A stretch of DNA of 64,000 bases from an uncultured Pseudomonadales bacterium (GTDB lineage Bacteria > Patescibacteriota > Microgenomatia > UBA1400 > UBA12108). Below the pieces are notes generated by a model. That model was not told the DNA's origin and did not search any database. It saw only the letters and a program-made list of their open reading frames with translations. Below are positions 28,912 to 38,346 of the stretch, in pieces. The first letter of the stretch is position 1; each line of letters opens with the position of its first letter. The translations under genes were made by a program, and so were the position numbers. The stretch is from positions 45 through 64,044 of the forward strand of contig CAZGNX010000001.1 in the NCBI GenBank assembly GCA_964527065.1, given 5' to 3'.

Positions 28912-31773
28912 CTAGAACCCTGGTAGCTTGATAATATCACCCGCGACAATACGCAAAATCGAGACCGAGAAAATAAGGAAGAGGAGTCCGGTGACGGCGG
29001 CACCAAAGAGTTCTTTGCCTTTTTTGAGTTTCTCGTCATTGTCTCTGGCGGTCATGATTTGGAAGATGGCGATAAACATCACCACGATAGCGATACCGCC
29101 GGCTAGGCCGACCAAGAAAGCAAAAAGCGCGGTGCCAAAGGCCTCTCTCGTGTAGGGGATACAACCCAGGGCGGTGGAGAGTGATTGCGGGCCACAACTC
29201 GTGGGGAAGAAGCCGAAGGTGCCAGGCTCGTTGTCTGGTGTTGTGGGGGGGATTAGTGGGGCGGGAGGGGGAGAGGGGAGCTCGGTATTTTCATAACCAC
29301 CCTTGGTCATGTTGTTATACACGCTGAGAGCAACAGTAAACGAACCAGGTCTTTCAAAGATTTGAGGGGCGCAGGCGGTGCGGTCGGCACAGTAGAGGAG
29401 ATACATCGAATCGTGTTTGCCATCGAGGAAGCTGGTCGGGTAGGGATCGTCCTCGCCTTCAAAAGCGCGGGGACAGCCGCCATAGGGGATGGGATAAGGA
29501 TAACCGAGTTGACAGTTACTGTTGCCACCACCGTTGTAGCGGGAGAGAGCGGTGATGGCAGTCTGCGCATCCCCAATTGCCCCGCCCACCTTGCCTTTGA
29601 GATGTTCACCCGCATAGACGGCAGTCTCAAGGAGGGAGCGGAAGATCTTACCGCCCGCATCGGGCTCGGGAGTGCCGAGAGCCCGCCCAGAAACGAGTGA
29701 GCCATTGGGGTTATTGGCCGCCTCGACAAAGTGGATACCCGCCAAGATTTCACACGGTACGCCGGTCTCCTTTTCGGCGGCGGCATAGGTGTTCATTAGT
29801 TCGGCGCTCAAATTGGGTTGGATAAACGTCGAGAAGTAGCTCTCGCCCTTGGCGCTCGCGCTCTGATAATTACTACTGCCAAGCAGTTCACCAAACAGCC
29901 GTCCGTCACATTTACCTTCTGGTACCACCTGGGCGGTATCGCAGCCATTGCGGGTACCCAGAGCGTACGCCTCAACGCTAGTCTCAAGCTGAGCGGAAAA
30001 CATGTTGTCAGCACAGGTGTAGTAGCCATAATGACGCCTACCATCGGCGGGACCTGAGTATTTGCCTGCTTTGAGAAGATCAAGGTTGTCGTCTACGACA
30101 TTGCTGAGTTTAACATTAAACTCTTTGACTGATTCTAGCTCGGCCAAGGTATCGCGAGTGTCGTAGGTGTATTGCTTAATCTCTGCGATACTTTGACCCA
30201 TTGCGTCTGGAATTGTCAAGAGGTGATAAACGACAGGTTCAACGTCGTCAATCTGAGCGCCCCAAATGAGATTGATGAGAGCTTGTAGAAGGTTGCCGGT
30301 GGGGAATGCCGCGGCCTTTTCTTTTTGTACCTCTGGTTGGAGGCGGTAGCCAGGGCAGTTTTTATCTCCTCCGAGAAAAGATGGTGTTTCCAAATAGTCG
30401 TAGATTTGGTAAAAGGCGCCGTAGGAACCAAAGTGATATTTGAAACAGGGATTGCTCGCCATAAGCTCTGGAATGAGGCGTGCCTTAATCTTTTTGGCGG
30501 TGGCGTTTGGCGCCGCAGAGCCAGCAAAGCGAATTAGCTGGTTGGACGAGGCAAGGTCGCGAATTATTTTGCTTGCCTCATCTAGTGGATAGGTGAGAAG
30601 TAGATCGTCAAGGGCGGCGCCAAAGGCTTGGGAGATAGAGATGTCGCCGTAGAGCGCGTTGGAGTTGCCCTCCAACGCAAGGCTGCTAAAGGGGCAGTTT
30701 TCTCCGGGGCAACAGCGATCCCAGACGCAGATACTGGCGTGGACATACCCCTGGCGAAACGAGGGGCTATACATCGGGACTTGGGAGAGGTCCCTAAACC
30801 ACTCAGGTGGGGTAGTTTGTGAAGCTGCCTCTTCTATAGCGTCACAGGCTCGTTTACGGGAGCTTGAGGCATCGGAGACGGCATCGAGATTGCCGGCGTT
30901 TAAGAAAAAATCGTCCGTTGCTTCCACTATCACCTGTCCAGCCCCTGCCAATCCTCCAGGTATTTCGTCGCGGATCTCGAGTAAGGTTTTGCCGTTCTGG
31001 GTTGTGTAGCCCCAGTCGACCCAGCCAAGTGGCCACTGCCCAGTCTCAGCTAGAGTGTTCTTGGTTTGCTTGGCACGAATCACGACCATGAGCTGTTTGG
31101 TCATGATCTCGCACTGAGTAAGCCCGAGGAAGTGGGTACCCCAAGTGATCGCGTTATCTGTACCCATGTTGCCATACAAGAGGGCTTCGTTTTGGATTTT
31201 GGGGAAAACGAGGCGAGTGAGTGGACGAGCGCCCGTCTCAGCTCCCGTTTCTTGATTCAGTGTCCGATTCTCAGCGGAAAAGTCCGTAGCTTTGATATCG
31301 GAGCCAACGCGGGGTTTTTTCTTGTACTCACATTCGCCCACGCTAACCCCACTCTTGGTAGGATCTTTGATGGCGGTACAACTACCATTGCCTGAAGAGA
31401 CTGTACTATGATAATCACCTCTGCCATTGGCCACCTTGCGCTCACAGAGATCAACCTCTCCACCATCACAGCCGTCAATGAGCTCGCCTGATTGATTATC
31501 GCGCTCACAATAGTCATCTCTACGATCAGCACCTTCGTACTCACAGACCATTAGTGGTTGATAGTCACGAGTGAGATCGCGGTTTTCGTAGACTTTGAAA
31601 TATGGTGCTCGTATGAAACGAAAGAGACTGAATAGCTCAAACTACTCCTCGCGCTCGGGGTTGCCTTCAATAGAGAAGGGGGGGAAGGGGTCGATGGCCA
31701 GGGAAAGAGGAGGAAATAGGAAATAGGAAATAGGAAATAGGAATAATACGAAAAAACGCAAGAGCTTTTTCAT
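28912..31773 (-). CDS. secreted Cys-rich protein with lysozyme-like (SLT) domain and C-terminal VirB2-like pilin domain; interrupted by an in-frame TAG at 31642-31644
   Basis: signal peptide MKKLLRFFVLFLFPISYFLFPPLSLA from ATG 31773 is in frame with ORF 28912-31551; Y.AA.KETGVP.EILAGIH.VE and AL.RYNGG; C-terminus closely matches pilin 38811-39248. Confidence 0.75.
31711..31743. repeat. perfect heptamer tandem repeat (AGGAAAT)x4+ in signal-peptide coding region
   Basis: aggaaat aggaaat aggaaat aggaaat agga. Confidence 0.9.
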
Positions 31774-31775
31774 AG

Positions 31776-32072
31776 CTAGTTAAAGCCAAATCTAAACTCA
31801 GTGACACTGGCTCCTGTTGTATTTTGGATGAATAAGAGGATGAGCCAGGAGAGAATTGAGAGCGCGATACCCACCACTGCGAGAGTAATTGTCTGCTTGC
31901 CTCCGGCCATACCCTTGGGATCACCACCTGAGGTAAGAATCTTGAAACCGCCAATGAGGAGCATGATAAAGGCAACTATGCCAATGAGGGGGATCATGGC
32001 CTCAAGGATGTTGCCGAAGTAGTCGGAGAGACAAGATAGTTCGGCGGCGGAAGCGGTATCGTTGCATGGCAT
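31776..32072 (-). CDS. VirB2/TrbC-like pilin
   Basis: two TM hairpin with GGF..LTSGGDPK....K.TIT.A..G. Confidence 0.85.
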   Translation of the reverse strand: MPCNDTASAAELSCLSDYFGNILEAMIPLIGIVAFIMLLIGGFKILTSGGDPKGMAGGKQTITLAVVGIALSILSWLILLFIQNTTGASVTEFRFGFN

Positions 32073-32102
32073 ATGGGATGATTATAGCAAAGAGCAAGGG
32101 TC

Positions 32103-32266
32103 GGATGATCACATTAATTTTATCTCACTGACTAAAATTGATCTCAAATACGATTGCTCGCAGGCTTCTCGTCTGCACCTGTTCGACTAGACGGCATACT
32201 CGCATTTTCAGGCGAATTTTCGCTCAATTTCTTAACGTATGTTCGTAAAATTAACGATGATCATCC
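32103..32266. repeat. long imperfect inverted-repeat element (copy B)
   Basis: ggatgatca/tgatcatcc, ttaatttta/taaaattaa, aaattga/tcaattt. Confidence 0.75.
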
Positions 32267-32280
32267 TCACGCTAGGAGTC

Positions 32281-32631
32281 TTAGTAGGCTTTGGGTGGGG
32301 TGATGTTGTCGTTCAATATGCTGATACCGAAGAAGTATTGAATGACAAGCATGATGGCCCAGGCGCTCGCCACAACCGCCAAGCCAACGAGAGCGGCAGT
32401 GATACGATCACGAGCTTCCTGCGTTTTGCCTTTGTCACCGCCGGAGGTGATCCATTGGATGCCACCCCAAATAAGATACATGAAGACGAGCAGGGCAGAT
32501 ATAAGTAGAGCACCCTGGACAGCCCCTTTGATGAGCGTGCCAATGTTGGTGATGGCGACGTTTTCGGGTTTGCCAATTGAGAGTTCTGGAGCGCCTGGGG
32601 CTTGAGCGTAAACTTTGATTGAATCAAACAT
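32281..32631 (-). CDS. VirB2/TrbC-like pilin (candidate major pilin)
   Basis: GGIQWITSGGDKGK..EAR.RIT.ALVGL; strong AAGGAG SD upstream. Confidence 0.88.
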   Translation of the reverse strand: MFDSIKVYAQAPGAPELSIGKPENVAITNIGTLIKGAVQGALLISALLVFMYLIWGGIQWITSGGDKGKTQEARDRITAALVGLAVVASAWAIMLVIQYFFGISILNDNITPPKAY

Positions 32632-32680
32632 ATCTTTCTCCTTATTTGTACTATCTAGTTATAGTGTAGTCAATTATTGA

Positions 32681-33049
32681 TTATTGTGCAATACCTATTC
32701 CAAAGAAATAATCTAGCAGGAGATAGACTGCCCAAGCAGAGGCGACAATGGCGAGTCCAATGATGCCGTTGGTGATTTTGGCGCGCGCTTCGTCCAGTTT
32801 GCCCTTGTCACCACCGGAACTAATCCACTGCAGACCTCCATAGATAAGATAGAGGAGCGTGGCAAGGCCAGCCACAAGAATAATGGCAGAGATGGTTTTG
32901 CTGACGAATGAGCCAAGATCGGTGTTGATGGCGACGCGTGATTCGACCTGATCACCTATACTGACGTTGAATGAGCCGGCTTGGGCATGAGCTGAGCTAG
33001 GAAAGAGGAAAGAGGAAAGAGGAAATAGATACAGTAAAATTTTTTTCAT
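32681..33049 (-). CDS. VirB2/TrbC-like pilin
   Basis: signal peptide; GGLQWISSGGDKGKLDEARAKIT.GIIGL. Confidence 0.88.
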   Translation of the reverse strand: MKKILLYLFPLSSFLFPSSAHAQAGSFNVSIGDQVESRVAINTDLGSFVSKTISAIILVAGLATLLYLIYGGLQWISSGGDKGKLDEARAKITNGIIGLAIVASAWAVYLLLDYFFGIGIAQ

Positions 33050-33053
33050 ATGC

Positions 33054-33443
33054 TCAGCCGGCAGTGGGCCAGATTATATTGAGTATATTCATCCCGATGG
33101 CCATCTCAATAAACTTGATAATGACATAAGAGGCAGCGAGGAGGGCGAGTCCCACGAGACCTTGGGTGATTTTGCCCCTAGCTTCGTCGATCTTGCCTTT
33201 GTCACCCCCGGCCGTGATCCACTGTAAGCCGCCGTGCAAAAAGTAGAGGATAAACGCGAGCCCACCTACAAGAATGATGGTCTGCCAAAGAGTAGCGATC
33301 GTGATAGCAAATTGTTGTGGGGAAGCATCGGGTGAGTCACCTCCTGGTACGGCGGTGTTGGTGATGGCGGCATGCGCCAGAGACGCTCTTGTATAAAGTA
33401 TGGAGTATAGGGTATATAGTATCGGGACTATTTTGTTTGTCAT
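33054..33443 (-). CDS. VirB2/TrbC-like pilin
   Basis: signal peptide; GGLQWITAGGDKGKIDEARGKIT.GLVGL. Confidence 0.88.
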   Translation of the reverse strand: MTNKIVPILYTLYSILYTRASLAHAAITNTAVPGGDSPDASPQQFAITIATLWQTIILVGGLAFILYFLHGGLQWITAGGDKGKIDEARGKITQGLVGLALLAASYVIIKFIEMAIGMNILNIIWPTAG

Positions 33444-33445
33444 TT

Positions 33446-33805
33446 TTAGTTCACTGTAAGGCCGTTAATAAGTGCGCCAGGGTTGAGGATGTCGAGCCCC
33501 AGTGCTTTGCCCACAATCCAGACGATAGCATAAGAAACAGTGACTACAATGATGCCTGTTGCGCCTCCTGTCATCATGCTTTTGGCTTTGTCGATCTTGC
33601 CTTTGTCACCACCGGCCGTGATCCAATTGAGGCCACCCAGGAGGAAATAGAGGGCGAAGGCTATGCCAGCCACGAGAGTGAGGATTACAAGAATATTGCT
33701 GATGAGTTTTTCCACGGCACTTGTTGACCCCTCGATGCCTGTCCCTGGTTGGTAGCCACCGGGAGTGGTGATGTTGCCAAATTGGAGCGCGAGGTATTTG
33801 TTCAT
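33446..33805 (-). CDS. VirB2/TrbC-like pilin
   Basis: GGLNWITAGGDKGKIDKAK. Confidence 0.88.
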   Translation of the reverse strand: MNKYLALQFGNITTPGGYQPGTGIEGSTSAVEKLISNILVILTLVAGIAFALYFLLGGLNWITAGGDKGKIDKAKSMMTGGATGIIVVTVSYAIVWIVGKALGLDILNPGALINGLTVN

Positions 33806-33809
33806 ATGT

Positions 33810-34148
33810 TTAGTTGGGTGATCCTGGTCCGACTATATTGGGGGAGAGAATTGCGGTCGCAGAACCAAAGAGGAGGAAAGAGACTATGCCAGTGACGGCA
33901 GCCGCGGCTACCATGATGGCGAGGCCGATGAGGGACATGTTGATTGAGTAGAGCGCTGACTCGATCTTTTTAGTATCTCCGGCGGCGCTAATATAACTAA
34001 AACCAGCTATCATGAGGTTGAAGAAAGCGAATAGTCCGGCGGCGGCAAAAATAATCGTAATAACATTGGTTATAAAAGTAGGGAGGCCAGACTCAACGGA
34101 ACCGTAGGCGGTGATGGGGGAATCGATACTACCAAATGTGCTTGGCAT
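33810..34148 (-). CDS. VirB2/TrbC-like pilin
   Basis: AGFSYISAAGDTKKI..A...I..S.IGL. Confidence 0.85.
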   Translation of the reverse strand: MPSTFGSIDSPITAYGSVESGLPTFITNVITIIFAAAGLFAFFNLMIAGFSYISAAGDTKKIESALYSINMSLIGLAIMVAAAAVTGIVSFLLFGSATAILSPNIVGPGSPN

Positions 34149-34152
34149 AAGT

Positions 34153-34473
34153 TTATATATTACTGTTTAGTATTGATAGTCCTGTCACCACTTGGATTAG
34201 TTGGATAATCCAGTAAGAGGCGAAGAGGACTAACAGCCCCATTATAGCAGAGGTGATAGTTTTGGTACCGTCTTTGATTTTGTCAGTGTTGCCGGCATTG
34301 CTGATGATGGTAAAGCCGCCAAAGAGGATCATAAAGAAGATGACAATACCTCCGGCGATATAGACATTGGGGAGAATGTTGTTGATAAGGGAGCTCGTGT
34401 CTGGATACTGGGAACTGGCGGGGGTACCCTGGAATTTGAGTTTTTCACCAATATTGACGGTAGAAACTGGCAT
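34153..34473 (-). CDS. VirB2/TrbC-like pilin
   Basis: GGF.IIS.AGN.DK...G.K.IT.AI.GLL.LFASYWII. Confidence 0.85.
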   Translation of the reverse strand: MPVSTVNIGEKLKFQGTPASSQYPDTSSLINNILPNVYIAGGIVIFFMILFGGFTIISNAGNTDKIKDGTKTITSAIMGLLVLFASYWIIQLIQVVTGLSILNSNI

Positions 34474-34510
34474 GTCTCAAGTATAGCGTATCCAGTATAA
34501 TGTATATAGT

Positions 34511-35047
34511 ATGGAGGAATTGGTTGAGAAAGTCTTGAATGGTCAGAAGGGGGCGGCGACGCGGTTTTACCACACCCTTTCGCCTAGCGTAAAGCGATAT
34601 TTGGCAGGCAAACTACCTGGGCATGAGGAGGTGGAGGAGCTAACCCAAGAAGTGTTTTTGTCGGCACTTGACTCGCTATCACTCTACCGTGGTGAGTCCA
34701 GTCTCAAGACCTGGATACTCTCGATTGCCCGCCACGAAGTGGCGGACTATTACCGCAAGCGTTATGTACGTGCCGTCATTGAGCAGACCTCCCCATTATT
34801 TGATGCGATCGTGGCAGATATCCATACCCCAGAATTTGAGATGAAGAAGAGCAAGCTTAGAGCCCGGTTTATGCGGGCATATCATGGTCTGAGTGAGCAA
34901 TACCGAGATGTTTTGAGTTTTCGCTTTGAGCTAGGGATGAGCGTCAAAGAGATTGCAGAGAGAATGGAAATGAGCGTCAAGGCGACAGAGTCACTGCTCT
35001 TTAGAGCACGAACAGCATTTAGAGTGGCTTATGAAACCAGAGAATAG
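34511..35047 (+). CDS. ECF-type RNA polymerase sigma factor
   Basis: EELTQEVFL..L..Y.G.S..TW..SIAR...DY.RK; region 4 S.KEIA.........L.RAR. Confidence 0.92.
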   Translation: MEELVEKVLNGQKGAATRFYHTLSPSVKRYLAGKLPGHEEVEELTQEVFLSALDSLSLYRGESSLKTWILSIARHEVADYYRKRYVRAVIEQTSPLFDAIVADIHTPEFEMKKSKLRARFMRAYHGLSEQYRDVLSFRFELGMSVKEIAERMEMSVKATESLLFRARTAFRVAYETRE

Positions 35048-35267
35048 ATTTATCGCTGAGTTGGAACAAAAAGCCAAAGAACAGCAAAAATTGGTGGATA
35101 CTCAGATCATTCCTGGTTGGGCACGCGGCTTAGGTAATTGGCTGGCGGTGAACCCTTGGCGACTGGTAATACCAGTCGCCGGTATTGTGTATGGAGTATT
35201 GCGTATAGTGTACGGGGAACAATTTAGAGAATTAATATTAGGACTGTTTGGGGGATTTGCCAGATGA
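35031..35267 (+). CDS. small membrane protein, possible anti-sigma
   Basis: overlaps sigma gene end; one TM. Confidence 0.55.
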   Translation: MKPENRFIAELEQKAKEQQKLVDTQIIPGWARGLGNWLAVNPWRLVIPVAGIVYGVLRIVYGEQFRELILGLFGGFAR

Positions 35268-35569
35268 AAACACTTGTTTTGTGGATGAGCTATGTGTGGA
35301 GCGTGACACTGGCCGGACTCGCGATCCATCCTTACCAGTCGGTGAGGAGGATGGTGTTGGATAAGCCAGTATTGCTGCCAGTTACGCTTTCGCCAGTTCT
35401 GGGTCTTGTGGGACTATTTGTGGTTGGGAGGGTGTTTAGCTATGCATTTACCCTTGGCCCCATAGGACGTGAGCTCGCGGCCCTCGTGCTGGGGAGTACA
35501 CTGATTGGGCTCTTGTTGTGGCAAGGACTTCTCATTGCACTGGTTCTACGGTTTTGGCGCGCCCGGTGA
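35264..35569 (+). CDS. small multi-TM membrane protein
   Basis: ATGA coupling to upstream gene; hydrophobic segments. Confidence 0.6.
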   Translation: MKTLVLWMSYVWSVTLAGLAIHPYQSVRRMVLDKPVLLPVTLSPVLGLVGLFVVGRVFSYAFTLGPIGRELAALVLGSTLIGLLLWQGLLIALVLRFWRAR

Positions 35570-35760
35570 ATGATTAGCTGGACTTTGGCGACAATAGGGT
35601 GTGGAGCGAGAGGGTTACAGCGTACCCAAGATTTGGCGTTGGCATCAGAAATTGTGGGAGCTGAATAGAGCGACTCTGCAACATCAGATGGAGGAGGACA
35701 AGAAAGATTTGGAGAGGACAAGCGCGAATGATTTAGGGATAAAAGACGACTGTATTGTTT

Positions 35761-36309
35761 ATGCAAAACAGGCAAGTGGTCCTCGTGGATGAGCAAGATC
35801 TGGAGATAGGGACGGCTGATATATACGAGGCACACCAGGGCAAAGGTCTTAAACACAGGGCATTGTCAGTGATTTTGTATCGGAAGAAAAATGGCAAGAT
35901 AGAATTACTACACCAAAAGCGGGCAGAGGCGAAGCCAGTGTTTAAAATGCTCTGGAGCAATACGTGTTGCACCAACATGCGGCCAGGTGATGAATATTTG
36001 CCGCGTGCAGCCAGTCGGCTCGAAGAGGAGATGGGAATCAAAATTGGTCGAGAGCAGTTAAGAATTTTGTATGCGTTTAGCTATGAAGCGCCTGATCCTG
36101 CACAACCAGGTTGGTGCGAGAATGAACTAGATACAGTCATTGTGGGCGAGTGGGATGGAGAAGTGAAGATAAACCCAGAAGAAGCGGCCGATTATAAGTG
36201 GATAGAGCGGGACGACTTGAAGCGGGATGCCGAGCAACATCCAGAGATTTATTCACCCTGGCACAAGATCATTGTTAATGATCCACGATTTGGGGAGGGG
36301 CTGGGGTGA
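35761..36309 (+). CDS. idi: isopentenyl-diphosphate delta-isomerase type 1
   Basis: LVDE.D..IG, H..G..HRA.S, KRA..K..F...WSNTCC, RL.EEMG, E.E.D, YSPW. Confidence 0.93.
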   Translation: MQNRQVVLVDEQDLEIGTADIYEAHQGKGLKHRALSVILYRKKNGKIELLHQKRAEAKPVFKMLWSNTCCTNMRPGDEYLPRAASRLEEEMGIKIGREQLRILYAFSYEAPDPAQPGWCENELDTVIVGEWDGEVKINPEEAADYKWIERDDLKRDAEQHPEIYSPWHKIIVNDPRFGEGLG

Positions 36310-36806
36310 GTGAAAAATGGGGCGTGGGAGGGATTGGGGTGACTATTGCAGGGGAAATTCTGTTATTCCCCCCAAATCCTGAGAATGCAGGGAAGTTAGA
36401 AAAAATTGAAGGCAATAAATCTGTATACGAGGATATAGAATATCTTTGGGAATCTTTTGGGGGGGCGGTTGATGCGGGAGATTGGGTAGGACTTAACTCT
36501 GTATTACAGTTTGCATTGATACGTGAATCCCTGGAAGAAAGAGGGGTCGATCTATCTCCAGACCAGTTAACACAGATGACTGAGGGATTCGTGGTTGAGC
36601 AACATAGAGAAAACAGAGATGTAAGTTTTTTAGTTGCCTGCTTTATAATCAGGTTAAACCAGGATCAAGAGCACTTCCTACGAGACAAGGGAGCTACTGT
36701 CTTAACAGAGTTTAAGGATTTGAGACCAAGAGATAGAGAAATGGTCAGAATGTATAAAGAAACTATCGGAATTCCAGTCGAGATACAACAAATGGTGTAC
36801 GCATGA
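36306..36806 (+). CDS. divergent Nudix-fold hydrolase
   Basis: FGGAVD...ALIRESLEERG resembles the Nudix box; GTGA/ATGA coupled on both sides. Confidence 0.55.
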   Translation: MSEKWGVGGIGVTIAGEILLFPPNPENAGKLEKIEGNKSVYEDIEYLWESFGGAVDAGDWVGLNSVLQFALIRESLEERGVDLSPDQLTQMTEGFVVEQHRENRDVSFLVACFIIRLNQDQEHFLRDKGATVLTEFKDLRPRDREMVRMYKETIGIPVEIQQMVYA

Positions 36807-37597
36807 AAAAACTCATCTTACTTAAAATTGGCGGGGGGGTAATCACTGACAAGAATGTGCAGTATGGGTTGCGGGATGATATCTTATCTAGATTGGCAAG
36901 TGAGATTAGTGAAGGATGGAGGGAGTTGAAAAACACAAAAATAATTATTGGGAATGGGGCGGGGTCATTTGCACATTTTTCGGCCCATAAATATCGAACT
37001 ATCGAAGGATTTGTGGATGAAAATAGTCGAGTAGGTCTTGGGTGGGTGAGATATGATGCGGTTAAGTTAAATCAAATAGTGCTGGAGCAATTATTGTTGA
37101 GAGGAATACCAACTTTCTCTTTTTCTCCTTCATCGATGATGAGTGTTAAAAATGGTAAAACAAAAAAAGTCTTCATGGAATCAATGGTTGATGCTATGGA
37201 GCTAGATATGGTGCCTCTGGTTTATGGAGATCCCGTCATAGATGAGTCCAAGGGCTGTGATATTTACTCGACAGAGAAAGTATTTGATGAGTTGGCAGCC
37301 TACTTTGCCAAAAAGTATGAGGTAAGAGTAATTCATATAAGCTCAGAGGAAGGTGTCTACAAAAAAGGACAGGCAAGTGTATTTAATGTAATCACGAGAG
37401 ATAATTTTGCGGAAGTAAAGAATCATTTGGGTGGGTCAAACGGCGTAGATGTCTCGGGGGGGATGTTGCACAAGGTGGAGGAATGTCTTGGTCTAGCTAA
37501 GCTAGGGATCACAAGCCAGATAATTAGCGGGATGGTCCCTGGACGAGTTTCTGATGCTATGCTTGGTAAGAAAATTATTGGGACAACTATATGCTAG
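36803..37597 (+). CDS. ipk: isopentenyl phosphate kinase (amino-acid kinase family)
   Basis: LKIGGGVITDK, G.GSFAH, P.VYGD, S.E, DVSGGM..KV. Confidence 0.85.
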   Translation: MKKLILLKIGGGVITDKNVQYGLRDDILSRLASEISEGWRELKNTKIIIGNGAGSFAHFSAHKYRTIEGFVDENSRVGLGWVRYDAVKLNQIVLEQLLLRGIPTFSFSPSSMMSVKNGKTKKVFMESMVDAMELDMVPLVYGDPVIDESKGCDIYSTEKVFDELAAYFAKKYEVRVIHISSEEGVYKKGQASVFNVITRDNFAEVKNHLGGSNGVDVSGGMLHKVEECLGLAKLGITSQIISGMVPGRVSDAMLGKKIIGTTIC

Positions 37598-38346
37598 ACA
37601 AGAATCGAGTACCCAGCCACGTAGGCATCATAATGGACGGGAACCGGCGGTGGGCCAAGAAGCAGGGGCTCGCGGCGGTGGCGGGACACGCGTATGCGGT
37701 CGATAACGTGGTAGAACAATTGATAGAGCACGCGGGGGAATTGGGCATCAAATATTTAACACTCTGGGCTTTTAGTACCGAGAACTGGGGGAGAGAAAAG
37801 GGGGAGGTTACTGCGCTTATGAACTTGTTCCGAAAGGCACTCGTGACCAAAGTTCAGAAATTTATTGAGAGAGGGGCAAGGCTCCAGATGATCGGAGACG
37901 TAACAAGTTTTGCGCCAGATATCCAGGAAGGGATGAAAAATGCCATGAAGGAGAGCGAGAAAAATGACAAAATTACCGTAACTTTCGCGCTCAACTATGG
38001 CGGGAGAGATGAGATCGTTAGAGCAGTGAATAGGATGGTGAGGAACCATGAGGAGACACCTTCCGCCTCTGGCGTCCCGACTCGAGATTCTCTCGCGTCT
38101 CCTGTTAAGGAGTCTCCTCTAATCACAGAATCCGAACTAGAGGGGTACTTAGATTCGGCGGGGACGCCTGATCCGGATTTCATCATACGGACAGGAGGAG
38201 AGAAGCGGACGAGTGGGTTCTTGATGTGGAGTGCTGCTTATGCAGAGTGGTACTTTACCGAGACCTTGTTCCCTGATTTTGGGCCAGCGCAGTTTGATGA
38301 GGCGATAGAGGAGTATCTGCGGAGGCAGAGACGGTTTGGGAAATAA
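37591..38346 (+). CDS. uppS: undecaprenyl diphosphate synthase
   Basis: HVGIIMDGNRRWA, AFSTENW, NYGGRDEI, PD.IIRTGGE.R.S.F. Confidence 0.97.
   Translation: MLDKNRVPSHVGIIMDGNRRWAKKQGLAAVAGHAYAVDNVVEQLIEHAGELGIKYLTLWAFSTENWGREKGEVTALMNLFRKALVTKVQKFIERGARLQMIGDVTSFAPDIQEGMKNAMKESEKNDKITVTFALNYGGRDEIVRAVNRMVRNHEETPSASGVPTRDSLASPVKESPLITESELEGYLDSAGTPDPDFIIRTGGEKRTSGFLMWSAAYAEWYFTETLFPDFGPAQFDEAIEEYLRRQRRFGK
38050..38119. repeat. 70-bp TIR element inserted in frame in uppS
   Basis: GAGGAGACACCTT...AAGGAGTCTCCTC (12/13 match), inner hairpins cgcc-tct-ggcg and cgaga-ttc-tctcg. Confidence 0.65.

Noticed and set aside
31642-31644. Genome-wide TAG or TGA recoding
   Set aside because: TAG and TGA end many conserved genes at the expected positions (ridA, smpB and sufS with TAG; vapC, idi and sufB with TGA); only this one internal stop was found.
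16060-34473. Integrative conjugative element or prophage
   Set aside because: No integrase, relaxase, att repeats or phage structural genes in the window; the cluster abuts dnaN and is interleaved with housekeeping genes.
35570-35792. 63-aa ORF between the ECF unit and idi
   Set aside because: No recognisable motif, a weak start preceded by an in-frame stop, and overlap with idi; may be a remnant but cannot be supported.
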